Positions 9,155 to 19,501 of a stretch of 64,000 nt of DNA are shown here, piece by piece (positions within the stretch are counted from its first letter, which is position 1; each line of letters opens with the position of its first letter). This DNA is from Patescibacteria group bacterium. GTDB taxonomy: Bacteria > Patescibacteriota > Microgenomatia > UBA8517. Under the pieces are notes generated by a model. That model had not been told where the DNA came from, did no database searches, and worked only from the letters and a program-made list of their open reading frames with translations. Position numbers and translations under genes: made by a program. The DNA lies in contig DATDRP010000006.1 of NCBI GenBank assembly GCA_035291665.1, forward strand, positions 9,786 to 73,785. The letters are read 5' to 3'.

Positions 9155-10012
9155 ATGAATAAAACCAGAATTATACTCATAGTAGTTTTGGTTCTTTTGG
9201 TTTTAGCAGGAGTGGCTTTGGGAATATTTACTTTTTTTCTTCCTAAAAAAGCAGGTCTTACGGTTGAAACAAATCCCGTTTCTACAGTTTTCGTCAATGG
9301 GGAAGAGATGGGAAGGACTCCATATAAAATTACACTCAGTCAAGGCGAAATTACGTTAAAACTCGTACCGGATTCGTTCGGGTCACCGCTTATTCCATAC
9401 GAAACAAAGGTTGAGCTTGTTGCCGGCGTCGATACAGTTGTAAGAAGGATATTTGACAGCACTGATGAATATTCCCAAGGTGAGATAATATCATTTAATA
9501 AGACCTATAAAAATGAGACCGGAATCCTTGTGGTTAGCGATCCGGAAGGTGGTCAGGTGGTTATTGACAGACAGGTGAAAGGATTTGCACCATACACCTC
9601 AACAGACATCACTCCCGACACGCACTCGATTACTGTTGAAGCAAAAGGCTACCTTTCAAGAACAATATCTGTAAAGTCTGAACTTGGTTATAAATTAATA
9701 CTTTCGGTTAAACTTTCAAAAGACTCAACTGCATCAACTGAAAAAGCAAAAGATCCGGTGGTCAAAGCAAAGGAGAAGAAAGAAGTTGAGATATTGAATA
9801 CCCCAACCGGTTTTTTAAGGGTCAGAAAGGAAGCGACAGCCTCTTCAGAAGTGGTGGGACAAGTCAATCCGGGGAAGCAATATGAATTGGTTGAGGAAAA
9901 CGATGACGGATTGTGGTATAAAATCAGTTTTGATGAAGATAAGGTTGGATGGATTTCATCTCTGTATGCAAAAAAAACAACTACTGCAACATCTTCAGGT
10001 GGCGTGAGGTAA
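9155..10012 (+). CDS. Membrane-anchored PEGA-domain protein with C-terminal bacterial SH3 domain
   Basis: Two PEGA-like repeats (VFVNGEEMGRTP; VSDPEGGQVVID); SH3b-like TGFLRVR...WYKI...GWIS. Confidence 0.85.
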   Translation: MNKTRIILIVVLVLLVLAGVALGIFTFFLPKKAGLTVETNPVSTVFVNGEEMGRTPYKITLSQGEITLKLVPDSFGSPLIPYETKVELVAGVDTVVRRIFDSTDEYSQGEIISFNKTYKNETGILVVSDPEGGQVVIDRQVKGFAPYTSTDITPDTHSITVEAKGYLSRTISVKSELGYKLILSVKLSKDSTASTEKAKDPVVKAKEKKEVEILNTPTGFLRVRKEATASSEVVGQVNPGKQYELVEENDDGLWYKISFDEDKVGWISSLYAKKTTTATSSGGVR

Positions 10013-10019
10013 TGGGAGT

Positions 10020-10940
10020 TTAGGTTGCTGCGTAAAATACCCAAAGGACCACCATCAACCATAACCCGACAGAAGCAAGAAGTCCTTTATCCGAAAGCAG
10101 AAGCTTTTCCGGCGCTTCGCTTTTATCTTCAAAAATCAGGCTTTCATATCGCATTATGCCGAATATGGTTAGGGGAATTGTTGCCATCAATAGCTTGTCG
10201 ATTGTTGTTGTTCTTGAAATTTCAGCGAGTAATAACCAGAGGTTTAGTGATGCTCTGGGGGATTCAAAAAACGCAAACAATGACCAGCTCATCCAGGCGG
10301 CGTTCCCAAACATCGTAACGTAAGAATTCAAAAGCTCACGGCTATATTTCGATAAACTTTTTCTGGTCGTTCCGTTTTCCTTGATCGTATTAAGCTCGCT
10401 TCTTCTTTTACCGGCAGCCAGGAATAGTGCCACCGATATCACACAGAGTAAAAACCAGACAGATAAATGAGCATCGATCACGAATGCTCCGGCATAAATT
10501 CGTATGACAAAACCGATAGCGATAACCAGGATGTCGATTGTTGTTTGGTTTTTCAAAACCAAACTGTAAAGAACTTGGAGAATGAGGTATGTCAGTATCG
10601 ATATCTGAAACAAGTGATTCAATCTGGTGGCAAACAGTACTGACAAAAGTGCCAAACCAACAGCCTCTATGAATGCCACATTCACCGGCAATTTACCCGA
10701 TGCGATCGGACGATTCTTTTTGATTGGATGAAGCCGGTCCTGTTTTTGATCAACAATATCGTTGAAAATGTACGTCGCTGAGGTTGCAAAGTTAAAGGCT
10801 ATAAATGCCCAAATTACTTTAATGAAAAGGGAAGAGTCGGTAAGTCTGGAAGTGAAGATTAACGCGGCAAAAATAGATAGATTTTTGATCCAGTGAACTG
10901 GTCTGGCCACCTTCAGTGCTTCGAACGATAAGTTAACCAT
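10020..10940 (-). CDS. UbiA-family prenyltransferase (decaprenyl-phosphate phosphoribosyltransferase-like)
   Basis: RPVHWIKN, YIFNDIVD...DRLHPIKKNRPIASG, GKRRSEL; start at 10940 overlaps the upstream gene end. Confidence 0.9.
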   Translation of the reverse strand: MVNLSFEALKVARPVHWIKNLSIFAALIFTSRLTDSSLFIKVIWAFIAFNFATSATYIFNDIVDQKQDRLHPIKKNRPIASGKLPVNVAFIEAVGLALLSVLFATRLNHLFQISILTYLILQVLYSLVLKNQTTIDILVIAIGFVIRIYAGAFVIDAHLSVWFLLCVISVALFLAAGKRRSELNTIKENGTTRKSLSKYSRELLNSYVTMFGNAAWMSWSLFAFFESPRASLNLWLLLAEISRTTTIDKLLMATIPLTIFGIMRYESLIFEDKSEAPEKLLLSDKGLLASVGLWLMVVLWVFYAAT

Positions 10941-11986
10941 AGTAAAAATCCTCCAAGCAAAATGATCAATCCAATAATAGCATACAATTTGTAAGAAGAG
11001 TTGAGATTTATCGCTATTAATCCGAGAGTAGCTGTTGCCACCCAATAGAAATAGCTTACTTGTTTTTTGGAAAATCCCTGATCCAAAAGTTTATGGTGCA
11101 AATGTCCCCTGTCTCCCCAAACAGGCGACTTTCCCGATAAAACCCTCCTTATTATTGTGTATGAAGTGTCAATTAATGGAACTCCCAAAACAACTATTAA
11201 TGTCCCGACCTTAGTTGTTGAAAGAATCGAAAGAATTGCGAGGAAATATCCGGCCAAAAGCGATCCGGAGAACGAAGGCATAATTTTTTGAGGGAAAATG
11301 TTGAATGGTAAAAAGCCTAAGAAGGCTCCGGCAACAATTGCTGCAAGTATGATTACCGACCATTGCGCGATGTCGGCGGAATATCTTAAAGACAAAACGG
11401 CAATAGTAAGGGCTGCAATCGCCGTCACTCCGGGAAGCTGGCCGTCGACGCCCTTTGCTCCCATGTTGAGAAAATTCATCAAGGCCACGATCCAAAAGAG
11501 CGTAAATAAACTAAAAACCGGTCGCAAGATATAAAGATTACCGAACAAATTTAATGCATAAGACGGGGTTGTCAGATCAATTGTTCCCGATGCAAAAGGA
11601 TTGGTAAGAAAAGCAACACCGACTCCCGAAAGAGTCGGAATTAAGGCAATGAGTATTTGAAGAAAAATTCTGTGGTAAGGGTTAAGGTTAAATTTATCAT
11701 CAACAACTCCGAGAATAGTAAGAAGTGTCGCACCGATTAGTATAGAAATAATATATTTATCAGCAGGTAAGAAAATAATTGTTGAAATTAAAAGTGCGAA
11801 AAAAATTGAAAGCCCTCCGCCCCTTGGAGTTGGGTAGGTATGGATAACTTTAGGGTGAATATTTCTCTTCGGATCGTCAATAATCCCAATTTTGTAGGCA
11901 AATTTAATTGCATATGGAGTTGCCAAATAAGAAATCACGGATGATACCAAAAAGGGTGCGATGAAAAGGCTGAGTATATTTTGCAT
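10913..11986 (-). CDS. MraY/WecA-like polyprenyl-phosphate sugar-1-phosphate transferase
   Basis: PTPRGGG, GVVDD, GVDGQ, FNIFPQKI, GDRGHLHHKL; multiple TM helices. Confidence 0.9.
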   Translation of the reverse strand: MQNILSLFIAPFLVSSVISYLATPYAIKFAYKIGIIDDPKRNIHPKVIHTYPTPRGGGLSIFFALLISTIIFLPADKYIISILIGATLLTILGVVDDKFNLNPYHRIFLQILIALIPTLSGVGVAFLTNPFASGTIDLTTPSYALNLFGNLYILRPVFSLFTLFWIVALMNFLNMGAKGVDGQLPGVTAIAALTIAVLSLRYSADIAQWSVIILAAIVAGAFLGFLPFNIFPQKIMPSFSGSLLAGYFLAILSILSTTKVGTLIVVLGVPLIDTSYTIIRRVLSGKSPVWGDRGHLHHKLLDQGFSKKQVSYFYWVATATLGLIAINLNSSYKLYAIIGLIILLGGFLLWLTYRSKH

Positions 11987-12372
11987 TAAAATATTCCGAT
12001 CAAAAATACGATTTTCACTACTGTAATAATTGACATAATGGTAGTGAAGTAAGATGCGATGATTAAAACTCTTTTTAAATAATTATTTTCTGTGATCATC
12101 GCCAATATATTGTTAATAATGATGATTAAAAGAGAAATAATTAAAGGGATAATAATTTCCAAGGGCATAGCTAGTTGTTTTGTGCTTCTCGGCAGTCCGT
12201 AGTTTAGAGGTATTTCAGGGGGGAGATTTTTTTGAAAAAGAAGTACTCCGATAATGACAATAATATTAGCTAATAGAAATGAAAAAGTTAGAGTAATAAA
12301 GGGGAGTTTAGAAAGTTTTACGGTTTTAATTTCCTTTTTTTTCCCTCGAGCAATCGGTAACTTTTTTCTCAT
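11986..12372 (-). CDS. Small membrane protein (DUF1648-like)
   Basis: LPPEIPLNYG motif between TM helices. Confidence 0.65.
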   Translation of the reverse strand: MRKKLPIARGKKKEIKTVKLSKLPFITLTFSFLLANIIVIIGVLLFQKNLPPEIPLNYGLPRSTKQLAMPLEIIIPLIISLLIIIINNILAMITENNYLKRVLIIASYFTTIMSIITVVKIVFLIGIF

Positions 12373-12444
12373 GGGATTTTCATTGATTTCTCATTAAAAT
12401 TCTTGAGCGTAACAAGTTTAGTTAAAAAGGTTTTAATAATCAAA

Positions 12445-13926
12445 TTATAAAGAGACTTTCATTAGTATCCAAACTTGTGATCCGTCAATTTCTTCCACCA
12501 TAAGATACCTTGTAAGAATTAATTTCCTGACGGATTTAGGTAATTCTGAATTTTTCAAAACGACAATCGCTTTCGGTGGATGGGCTGAAAGATCCCGGTA
12601 TAAAGCCTCATCTGAATAAAAATCTTTGATGTGATAACCAGCAACATACTTCATGGGTGGAAGGCGTTTTGTTAGTGCATAAATCTGACCGCTGTCTTCC
12701 CAGACAAACACGGAATCGTCTTTTGATGTGACTTGGTTTATGATGGCTGCAATTTTGTAGTTTGTCAGTGTATTACCTCCAAAAGTTTCAAGGTATTGGT
12801 TTTTGTCATATTTTCCGCTGGCAAGTGCGAGGAAGTTGCCGTAATAGTTGGCGGAATGGTAATTCCAAAATTTAAAGTAAAAAGGGATAAAAGAAAATAA
12901 AAGCAGCGGAAATATTACTAACACCTGCTCAATTGAGTCGTAAGTAAAAAGCATCGAGAAAAGGATTGATAGCGGGACGATTGTCTCCACAAGGTAATGC
13001 GGATATGGCCTTTCCGAGAGCGTTACTCCAAACAAAGCGAAAGTTAACCAAGATACAGTAAACAAAAAAGGCCAGGAAAACTTTTTTCTCTTTATGACCA
13101 GAATAAGATTTATTATTGCAACAACAAAAGCCCTTGTCAGAAGTGGAGCATTTTTAACAAGAAAGGGTTCCTTGACATCATCCGGCCTCCAGCTGGAAAG
13201 GTAGCCAAAATTTTGTAAATAGGCCGCGACCAAATACTCTTTGAAGGCTCCATTGAGTGCATACCATATAAATGTAAGAAAGATTGGTCCGGCAACACCA
13301 GCGGAAAGAATGAGTGTTTTTTTTGCAACTGAAAACAAGTGTTTTCTTGACAGCTTATCTCTGGAAAGCCAGTAAATAACTATTGCCGGAATATCAAAAA
13401 CAGCCGGCATCTTAAAAAGTGAAGCAATGGAAAAAAGCACCCCGGCAAAAATCAGGTTTGCTGTTGAATTTTTACGGAATAATAAAATATAAAACGCGAT
13501 TATTGTCGGAACAATCATGAAGAGTTCAGCGTTTGCAATATTGCCTTCAAAAAAAGGTAAAGTTGTAAGAATCGCATATACCAAAAGTGCTGCTTTTTGT
13601 GAAATTTGATTTCTTGGGAAAAGTAGTTTTATAAATTTGTAAAAAACAATTACTCCGAAGAGTTGGACGACCGCAAGGATAGCCTTAAACCAAAAAATGT
13701 TACCGGCAATTGCAGCTGTGAGGTAAAGAAGAGGAGGCTTGTTGTCATGAACGTCCTTGTAAAGAGTCAGGCCTTTTTGAACCGCATTTCCCAGAGTGAG
13801 ATATATCGTTTCGTCTCCATAGGAGTATGGTTCAAAAAAAGTCGGAATCCGAAAAATTAAAACAGCAAAAAGAATTAAATAAACCCAAGTCGGGATGTGA
13901 ATTAGATTTTTAAGTTTTATAAACAT
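12445..13926 (-). CDS. GT-C fold membrane glycosyltransferase (ArnT/PMT-like)
   Basis: YGDETIY and DNKPPLLY motifs; many TM helices. Confidence 0.8.
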   Translation of the reverse strand: MFIKLKNLIHIPTWVYLILFAVLIFRIPTFFEPYSYGDETIYLTLGNAVQKGLTLYKDVHDNKPPLLYLTAAIAGNIFWFKAILAVVQLFGVIVFYKFIKLLFPRNQISQKAALLVYAILTTLPFFEGNIANAELFMIVPTIIAFYILLFRKNSTANLIFAGVLFSIASLFKMPAVFDIPAIVIYWLSRDKLSRKHLFSVAKKTLILSAGVAGPIFLTFIWYALNGAFKEYLVAAYLQNFGYLSSWRPDDVKEPFLVKNAPLLTRAFVVAIINLILVIKRKKFSWPFLFTVSWLTFALFGVTLSERPYPHYLVETIVPLSILFSMLFTYDSIEQVLVIFPLLLFSFIPFYFKFWNYHSANYYGNFLALASGKYDKNQYLETFGGNTLTNYKIAAIINQVTSKDDSVFVWEDSGQIYALTKRLPPMKYVAGYHIKDFYSDEALYRDLSAHPPKAIVVLKNSELPKSVRKLILTRYLMVEEIDGSQVWILMKVSL

Positions 13927-14007
13927 ATTTTTTCCGGAATAAACAGATAAGTAATAAAATTACAACGGTCTGAACGAAAACCTTCAGAGAATTCTTGCGA
14001 TTCGACG

Positions 14008-15408
14008 TCATAACTTGTTACGCGTTACTTGTTTCGTATCACTTTTTTCATTTCGTATATACCATACAAACTTCAGGTTTCCCAAATCTTTAACTTCCTG
14101 CTCCCGGAATTCGGGAAGCGTGATTTCACTTAATGGACCGCTTGTCGTAACTCCCACCCGGTTAACATCAGGAGGAATATTCCTGACAATATCTTTTTCT
14201 TCCATTAACGCCGTCCCGACATAAAAAGGAAGTTCTACATTTCCCGGAACATAAATTGGCGAATCAAAACCATAGAACTTTGTTTCCCAAAGGTGGTGAG
14301 CCGATCCGTTCCAGTTTATTAAAAAATCATTTACTTTTCTGGTTTGAGAAACATAAACTCCCAGCTCCTTAAACGGAAGCTTTGCAGGATGAAAAAAGTA
14401 GTTAAGGTCAATAACAATAAACAGAAGCAGTGTTGCAAGGAAGGGGAATATAGAAAGCTTACTTCTGGATGAAGCTAAAATAATTCCTACTGCAGGAATG
14501 GTATACAAAAGATACCGGTTATAAAAAATTGAAGTAAATTTTTGTGAAATCAGCCAAGCCAGAATAATCGGTCCCAAAAACCACATCAGAAGGAGTATTG
14601 TTTTTTCTATTGACTTCCACCAACGCCTCACCAGAAGCGTGGCAAAAACAGTATAAAGGGCAATCTGAAAGAGTGGATATTCAGTCAAAGGCAATTTAAG
14701 CTTGTCGTTTCGGATTCCCTGTGCAAGATAATCGTAAATTATTGTTCGAAGGTCTCCCGGAGTTGGCGTGCCGAGCCAGAAACCGCCTTTTACCATGGTT
14801 ACTTGTCTATAAAGAGGCATCAGCCAGGGGATATAAAGTAAAGCAATAATAATAAACGCCTTAAAAACCATCTTCGAGGTTTTTCTTTTCCCGAAAAAAA
14901 ATTCCTTAAGAAACCACAGTCCTTGGATAATTACTGCAAAAAATGCAAAGTGGTGCGAATAGATCGCCCAAAGGGTGAAGAAAACGTAACCAAGAAAATT
15001 TACCCAAGGTTTTCCTTTCAGGGAGTATATTCGTATGAAAAAATACATGGAAGCGGTAACCCCGAGTGCCATGATTGAGTACATTCGCCCCTCAAAGGCA
15101 TAAATGAAAAAGAAGGGGTTGAAGAATGTGATAAGCGCAGCAAATAAACCTGTTTTTTTACTCCAAATTAATGACCCAATGAGATATACAAATAGTATAG
15201 CCAAAAGGTAATACAAAAACACCAACCCGCGAATTACTATTTCACTAGTACCAAAATATTGAAATGCCAAGTGTTCCGTAATGTTAAAAAGTGGGGGCGA
15301 GGTATCCCGGGAAATTATTTCAATAATCTCAAGGATAGGCTTCATCGAAAGAACCGCCGAAAACCCTTCATCACCCCAAATGGATTGTGTAAAGACAGTA
15401 TCTATCAT
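14008..15408 (-). CDS. GT-C fold membrane glycosyltransferase (GT39/PMT_2-like)
   Basis: SIWGDEGFS, DTSPPLF and EGRMYS motifs. Confidence 0.82.
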   Translation of the reverse strand: MIDTVFTQSIWGDEGFSAVLSMKPILEIIEIISRDTSPPLFNITEHLAFQYFGTSEIVIRGLVFLYYLLAILFVYLIGSLIWSKKTGLFAALITFFNPFFFIYAFEGRMYSIMALGVTASMYFFIRIYSLKGKPWVNFLGYVFFTLWAIYSHHFAFFAVIIQGLWFLKEFFFGKRKTSKMVFKAFIIIALLYIPWLMPLYRQVTMVKGGFWLGTPTPGDLRTIIYDYLAQGIRNDKLKLPLTEYPLFQIALYTVFATLLVRRWWKSIEKTILLLMWFLGPIILAWLISQKFTSIFYNRYLLYTIPAVGIILASSRSKLSIFPFLATLLLFIVIDLNYFFHPAKLPFKELGVYVSQTRKVNDFLINWNGSAHHLWETKFYGFDSPIYVPGNVELPFYVGTALMEEKDIVRNIPPDVNRVGVTTSGPLSEITLPEFREQEVKDLGNLKFVWYIRNEKSDTKQVTRNKL

Positions 15409-15495
15409 ATTAGATTAAATCCTTCATTTACCCTTCCGTAGTCCCGCAAGACGCGACGAAGGAGGGTCTCCCCAGATGCTTTGTGTGAACACATT

Positions 15496-15523
15496 ATTTA
15501 ACATAAATTAGCTTATACTCATT
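15496..15523 (-). other. dif-like XerC/XerD recombination site
   Basis: Minus strand AATGAGTATAA-gctaat-TTATGTTAAAT: XerD arm identical to E. coli dif, XerC arm 7/11, 6-bp spacer; intergenic. Confidence 0.8.
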
Positions 15524-15545
15524 CAGTTTACCATGCCTGAGTGAT

Positions 15546-15661
15546 TAGAAGCTATTTCAAAACCCACGGGTTTTTTAAACGCTTTGCGAGCTTATAGCAT
15601 CTCAATTCAAAACTTCTGCCGAATTTGTGTCAAATTCTTGCAGGTTTTGAAATGAGTTGTA
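15546..15661. mobile_element. MITE-like element with terminal inverted repeats
   Basis: tagaagctatttcaaaacc ... ggttttgaaatgagttgta; same TIR core and internal gcttata as 8460-8537. Confidence 0.6.
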
Positions 15662-15831
15662 GAAAGAAGTCTGATTTTTCATGAGATTAGAGCAATGTTA
15701 GCAAACAGACTTCATTTGAAACTTTCAATATTGCTTAAATATACCTGAGAAAACTGAAGATAATTATTGGCGTTTTAATCAGATAATTTCGCAGATTGTA
15801 ATATTCATTTCGCTTTTGTATATTATTTAAC

Positions 15832-16965
15832 ATGCTGGAAAATCTGCCTGAAAGCGATAAGCCACAAATCTTTGGATTTACGTCACTCGTTATTTTACCG
15901 ATCATAGTTATTCTGTTGCTGGTTGGAATATTTTTTTGGAAGTTTTATGGTTTTGGAAACTTAACAAATATTACCAATTCAGGAAAAAGGTTGCTTAATT
16001 GGAATCAGGAAAATTCGACCACAGCACTCTCTTCGGGTCAGGCAGTAAATAATCCGAAGACATTCGAATTTCAGGAAATTACAATTCCGGACTTGAGAGC
16101 ACGTACCTATCAAAGTAAATTGGGGGGACTGGAAATATTTTCCGAGGGTCCAAACTACACAAGTTATTTGACGAGCTACGATTCGGATGGGTATAGGATT
16201 AACGGTTTTTTGACAATTCCAAAAGGCGGTTCCGCAGGTGAAAAATTTCCGGCTATTGTTTTTGTCCATGGATATATTCCGCCAACTTTGTATAAAACGA
16301 CAGTTAACTATATTTCTTACGTTGATTATTTGGCGAAAAACGGATTTGTTGTTTTTAAGATCGACCTTCGGGGTCATGACGAATCAGAGGGTGGTGCAGG
16401 AGGGGCTTATTATTCGGATGATTATGTTGTCGACACGCTTAATGCGGTCGATGCACTGAAAAAAAGCGATTTTGTTGATCCTGGAGCGGTTGGACTTTGG
16501 GGTCATAGCATGGCAGGAAATGTTACATTCCGAAGTTTTGTTGTAGCAAAAAACATTCCGGCAATTGTGATCTGGGCTGGAGCAGGGTATACATATACCG
16601 ACCTTCAAGATTACATGATTAATGATAATAGCTACCAGCCTCAACCAACCGGTACACAAAGAGCTCGCGACAGACAAAGATTAAGAGATGCTTATGGCGA
16701 TTTTGATCCGGAAAATTGGTTTTGGAAACAGGTTCCTGCGACAAATTATCTTGATGGAGTGACGGGAGCGATTCAACTCAATCATGCTGTTGATGACAAT
16801 GTTGTGAGCATTGATTACAGCCGGAATTTGATGAAAGTCTTAGACGATTCTCAAATAAAGCATGAGCTTAATGAATATCCGATCGGAGGGCACAATCTCA
16901 CAGGGTCAAGTTTTAACCAAGCAATGCAGAAGACGGTTGAATTTTTCAAAACAAACTTACCTTAG
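15832..16965 (+). CDS. Membrane-anchored alpha/beta hydrolase (S9 peptidase-like)
   Basis: FVHGY, DLRGH, nucleophile GLWGHSMAG, HAVDDNVV, GGHN triad. Confidence 0.9.
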   Translation: MLENLPESDKPQIFGFTSLVILPIIVILLLVGIFFWKFYGFGNLTNITNSGKRLLNWNQENSTTALSSGQAVNNPKTFEFQEITIPDLRARTYQSKLGGLEIFSEGPNYTSYLTSYDSDGYRINGFLTIPKGGSAGEKFPAIVFVHGYIPPTLYKTTVNYISYVDYLAKNGFVVFKIDLRGHDESEGGAGGAYYSDDYVVDTLNAVDALKKSDFVDPGAVGLWGHSMAGNVTFRSFVVAKNIPAIVIWAGAGYTYTDLQDYMINDNSYQPQPTGTQRARDRQRLRDAYGDFDPENWFWKQVPATNYLDGVTGAIQLNHAVDDNVVSIDYSRNLMKVLDDSQIKHELNEYPIGGHNLTGSSFNQAMQKTVEFFKTNLP

Positions 16966-17294
16966 GTGTGTTTGACGTTATTCAAATTGGAATTACTCAA
17001 ATATGCTTGAAGTTTTTTAGTAAATTCAGAATCAGGTAGTTCCTGTTTGGCCAGATTCAGTAGTTTTTCAGCCTCTTCCCGCGAGGCGGGTCGATTAACA
17101 GATTTTATAATATCGGTAACCTCATGAACGAAAAGTGATTCTTTATCATCTCTAACCCAGCCGGTTTTGCCGGGTACTAAACTTCGGCCGAAATTAATTG
17201 ATGAGTAAGTAAGCCGGGACTTTAGCGGCAAGTCTTTAATTAAACAAATTCCCATACCGTTTCCCCATAAATTCAAACGATTAGCCTCAATCAT
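16962..17294 (-). CDS. Hypothetical protein
   Basis: 110-aa ORF with TATAAT 8 nt upstream of ATG; no motif. Confidence 0.6.
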   Translation of the reverse strand: MIEANRLNLWGNGMGICLIKDLPLKSRLTYSSINFGRSLVPGKTGWVRDDKESLFVHEVTDIIKSVNRPASREEAEKLLNLAKQELPDSEFTKKLQAYLSNSNLNNVKHT

Positions 17295-17384
17295 ACTTGG
17301 GATTATACACCGATTGAATGATTATTTTATTGTTTGATATGTATTCATTTTGGCCTCGTAAATATTTGATATAATTCACATCGT

Positions 17385-18851
17385 ATGATTAAAGTCGAAA
17401 ACTTAAGTTTTTCTTATGGTGAAACACCTTTGTATGAAGGGGTGAGCTTTATTGTCAGTAATGGCCAAAAGACCGGCTTGGTGGGTCCCAACGGATCCGG
17501 AAAATCGACCCTCCTTAACATATTGACCGGGAAGGAAGAAGGGCACGTCGGGAAAGTAATGGTTCAGGGGACAGTAGCATCCGTTCCCCAGGAAATAAAA
17601 TACGATCCCGTAATGGAAAGCTCTGAAACAGTGAAAGTGTATGTTGACCCGAATAATAACTATGAGGAATTTGAGCTTTTGAAACTTTTTGCCGGTCTTG
17701 AACTTGAAACAAAACTTCTGGATAAACCGCAAACTCTAAGCGGCGGGCAAAAAACAAAACTTTCCCTAGCCCGGGCACTTCTTTCCAATCCGGATATCCT
17801 ATTGTTAGACGAACCGACAAATTTTATGGACACCGCCGGTAAACATTTTGTGATGAATTTCTTAAGCGAATATCAAGGAACCGTTATTGTTATTTCGCAT
17901 GATTTGGATTTAATGGACAATGCGATTGACAAAGTGTTGGCGGTTAATCCAGCTCAAAGAAAAATTGAAGAATACAAAGGCAATTATTCAAGCTATATCA
18001 GGTTGAAAAAAGAGAAAGAGGAACTTCTGAAACGCCAGGTCCTTATTAAGAAAAAACACATAGAACAGATGGTGTCAGGATTAAGCAGGATGAAAAAAAT
18101 GAGTGCAAAACAGAAAACAAAACAAAGAAGAAGAATTGAAAAAGAAAAAAGAGAACTTCCAGAACTACCACCGGAGGTGAGAGCAATAAAAATCAAACTT
18201 CCTGAACCGGCGAGAGTTGGTGAAATACCAATAAGATCAATCGGAATTTCGAAATCTTACGATGGGGAGAAAGTTTTGGGAGACATTAATTTTTCAATAA
18301 AGCGCGGAGAAAGAATTGCACTTTTGGGACCGAACGGATCGGGGAAAAGCACTTTCATCAAGATTCTAATGGGGATAATAAAACCGGATGGGGGAGAAGT
18401 GATAAAAAATGAAAGTGCAAAAATAGGTTATTACTCCCAGGAGTTCGAAACATTTGATTTCCAGAAATCAGTATTAGAATCTTTTTGTGATGGAACAAAA
18501 AAAGATGAATGGTTTGCCAGATCTTTTTTGGGTAGATATATGTTTTTGCAGGATAAGGTTTTCCAAAATGTCGGTAGTTTGTCGGGAGGAGAGAAAACCC
18601 GCCTTTCAATTGCTATCCTGACAGGTTCAGACAATAATCTTTTAGTTCTTGACGAACCGACAACTTATTTGGATGTTATCTCCCAAAGGGTAATTCTGGA
18701 TGCTTTGAAGGATTATACCGGAACCATGATCGTCGTATCCCATACACCGGATTTTGTAAAAGAGTTGGAGCCCGTTAAAGCATATCTTTTCCCGGAAGAA
18801 AAGATGATTTACTGGGAAGATGGGCTTTTAGATAAAGTATTAGAAGTATAA
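17385..18851 (+). CDS. ABC-F family ATPase
   Basis: Two GPNGSGKST Walker A, LSGGQKT/LSGGEKT, LDEPT; no TM segments. Confidence 0.93.
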   Translation: MIKVENLSFSYGETPLYEGVSFIVSNGQKTGLVGPNGSGKSTLLNILTGKEEGHVGKVMVQGTVASVPQEIKYDPVMESSETVKVYVDPNNNYEEFELLKLFAGLELETKLLDKPQTLSGGQKTKLSLARALLSNPDILLLDEPTNFMDTAGKHFVMNFLSEYQGTVIVISHDLDLMDNAIDKVLAVNPAQRKIEEYKGNYSSYIRLKKEKEELLKRQVLIKKKHIEQMVSGLSRMKKMSAKQKTKQRRRIEKEKRELPELPPEVRAIKIKLPEPARVGEIPIRSIGISKSYDGEKVLGDINFSIKRGERIALLGPNGSGKSTFIKILMGIIKPDGGEVIKNESAKIGYYSQEFETFDFQKSVLESFCDGTKKDEWFARSFLGRYMFLQDKVFQNVGSLSGGEKTRLSIAILTGSDNNLLVLDEPTTYLDVISQRVILDALKDYTGTMIVVSHTPDFVKELEPVKAYLFPEEKMIYWEDGLLDKVLEV

Positions 18852-18877
18852 TATAATCTATAAATTAATTATTAATT

Positions 18878-19423
18878 GTGTCTGTAAATATTACATATTT
18901 TGTTCACGGAACCACCATAGATAACGAGAAGGATATATCCTCGGGTTGGTCGGATGCCGAACTTTCAAAATTAGGCAAAAAACAATCAAGAGAGTTGGTT
19001 GAAAAAATAACGAATATTAAATTTAATGTTATATTTTGTTCAGACCTCAAAAGAGCCGTTGACTCTGCAAATATCACCTTCGGTAGGAACGTTGAAATTA
19101 TTAGTGACGCGAGATTACGGGAATGTAATTATGGAGATCTTAACGGCATGCTTTCGAATGTAGTCGAACCGCTTCAGGAAGAAAATATTACAAAAAGATT
19201 TCCCAATGGTGAGAGTTATGAAGATGTTAAAGAAAGGATTCAGCATTTTTTGGAATTCTTAAAAAAGAATTATGATGGTAAACATATTGGGATTGTCGTC
19301 CACAAAGCACCTCAATTAGCTCTTGACGTTTTGCTAAAAGGAAAAACTTGGGAGCAAGCATTTGCAGAGGATTGGAGAAAGAATAAAGCCTGGCAACCAG
19401 GTTGGGATTATCTTCTCGAATAA
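18878..19423 (+). CDS. Histidine phosphatase family protein
   Basis: FVHGTT (RHG-like), SDLKRA, LRECNYG, FPNGES, VVH. Confidence 0.88.
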   Translation: MSVNITYFVHGTTIDNEKDISSGWSDAELSKLGKKQSRELVEKITNIKFNVIFCSDLKRAVDSANITFGRNVEIISDARLRECNYGDLNGMLSNVVEPLQEENITKRFPNGESYEDVKERIQHFLEFLKKNYDGKHIGIVVHKAPQLALDVLLKGKTWEQAFAEDWRKNKAWQPGWDYLLE

Positions 19424-19501
19424 TTTGCTATGGAACGTCTGACGTTCTCTGAGGAAGGTTTGACGTTCTTCAAACTAACTTTGAAGAGTATTTAAAGATT
19501 T

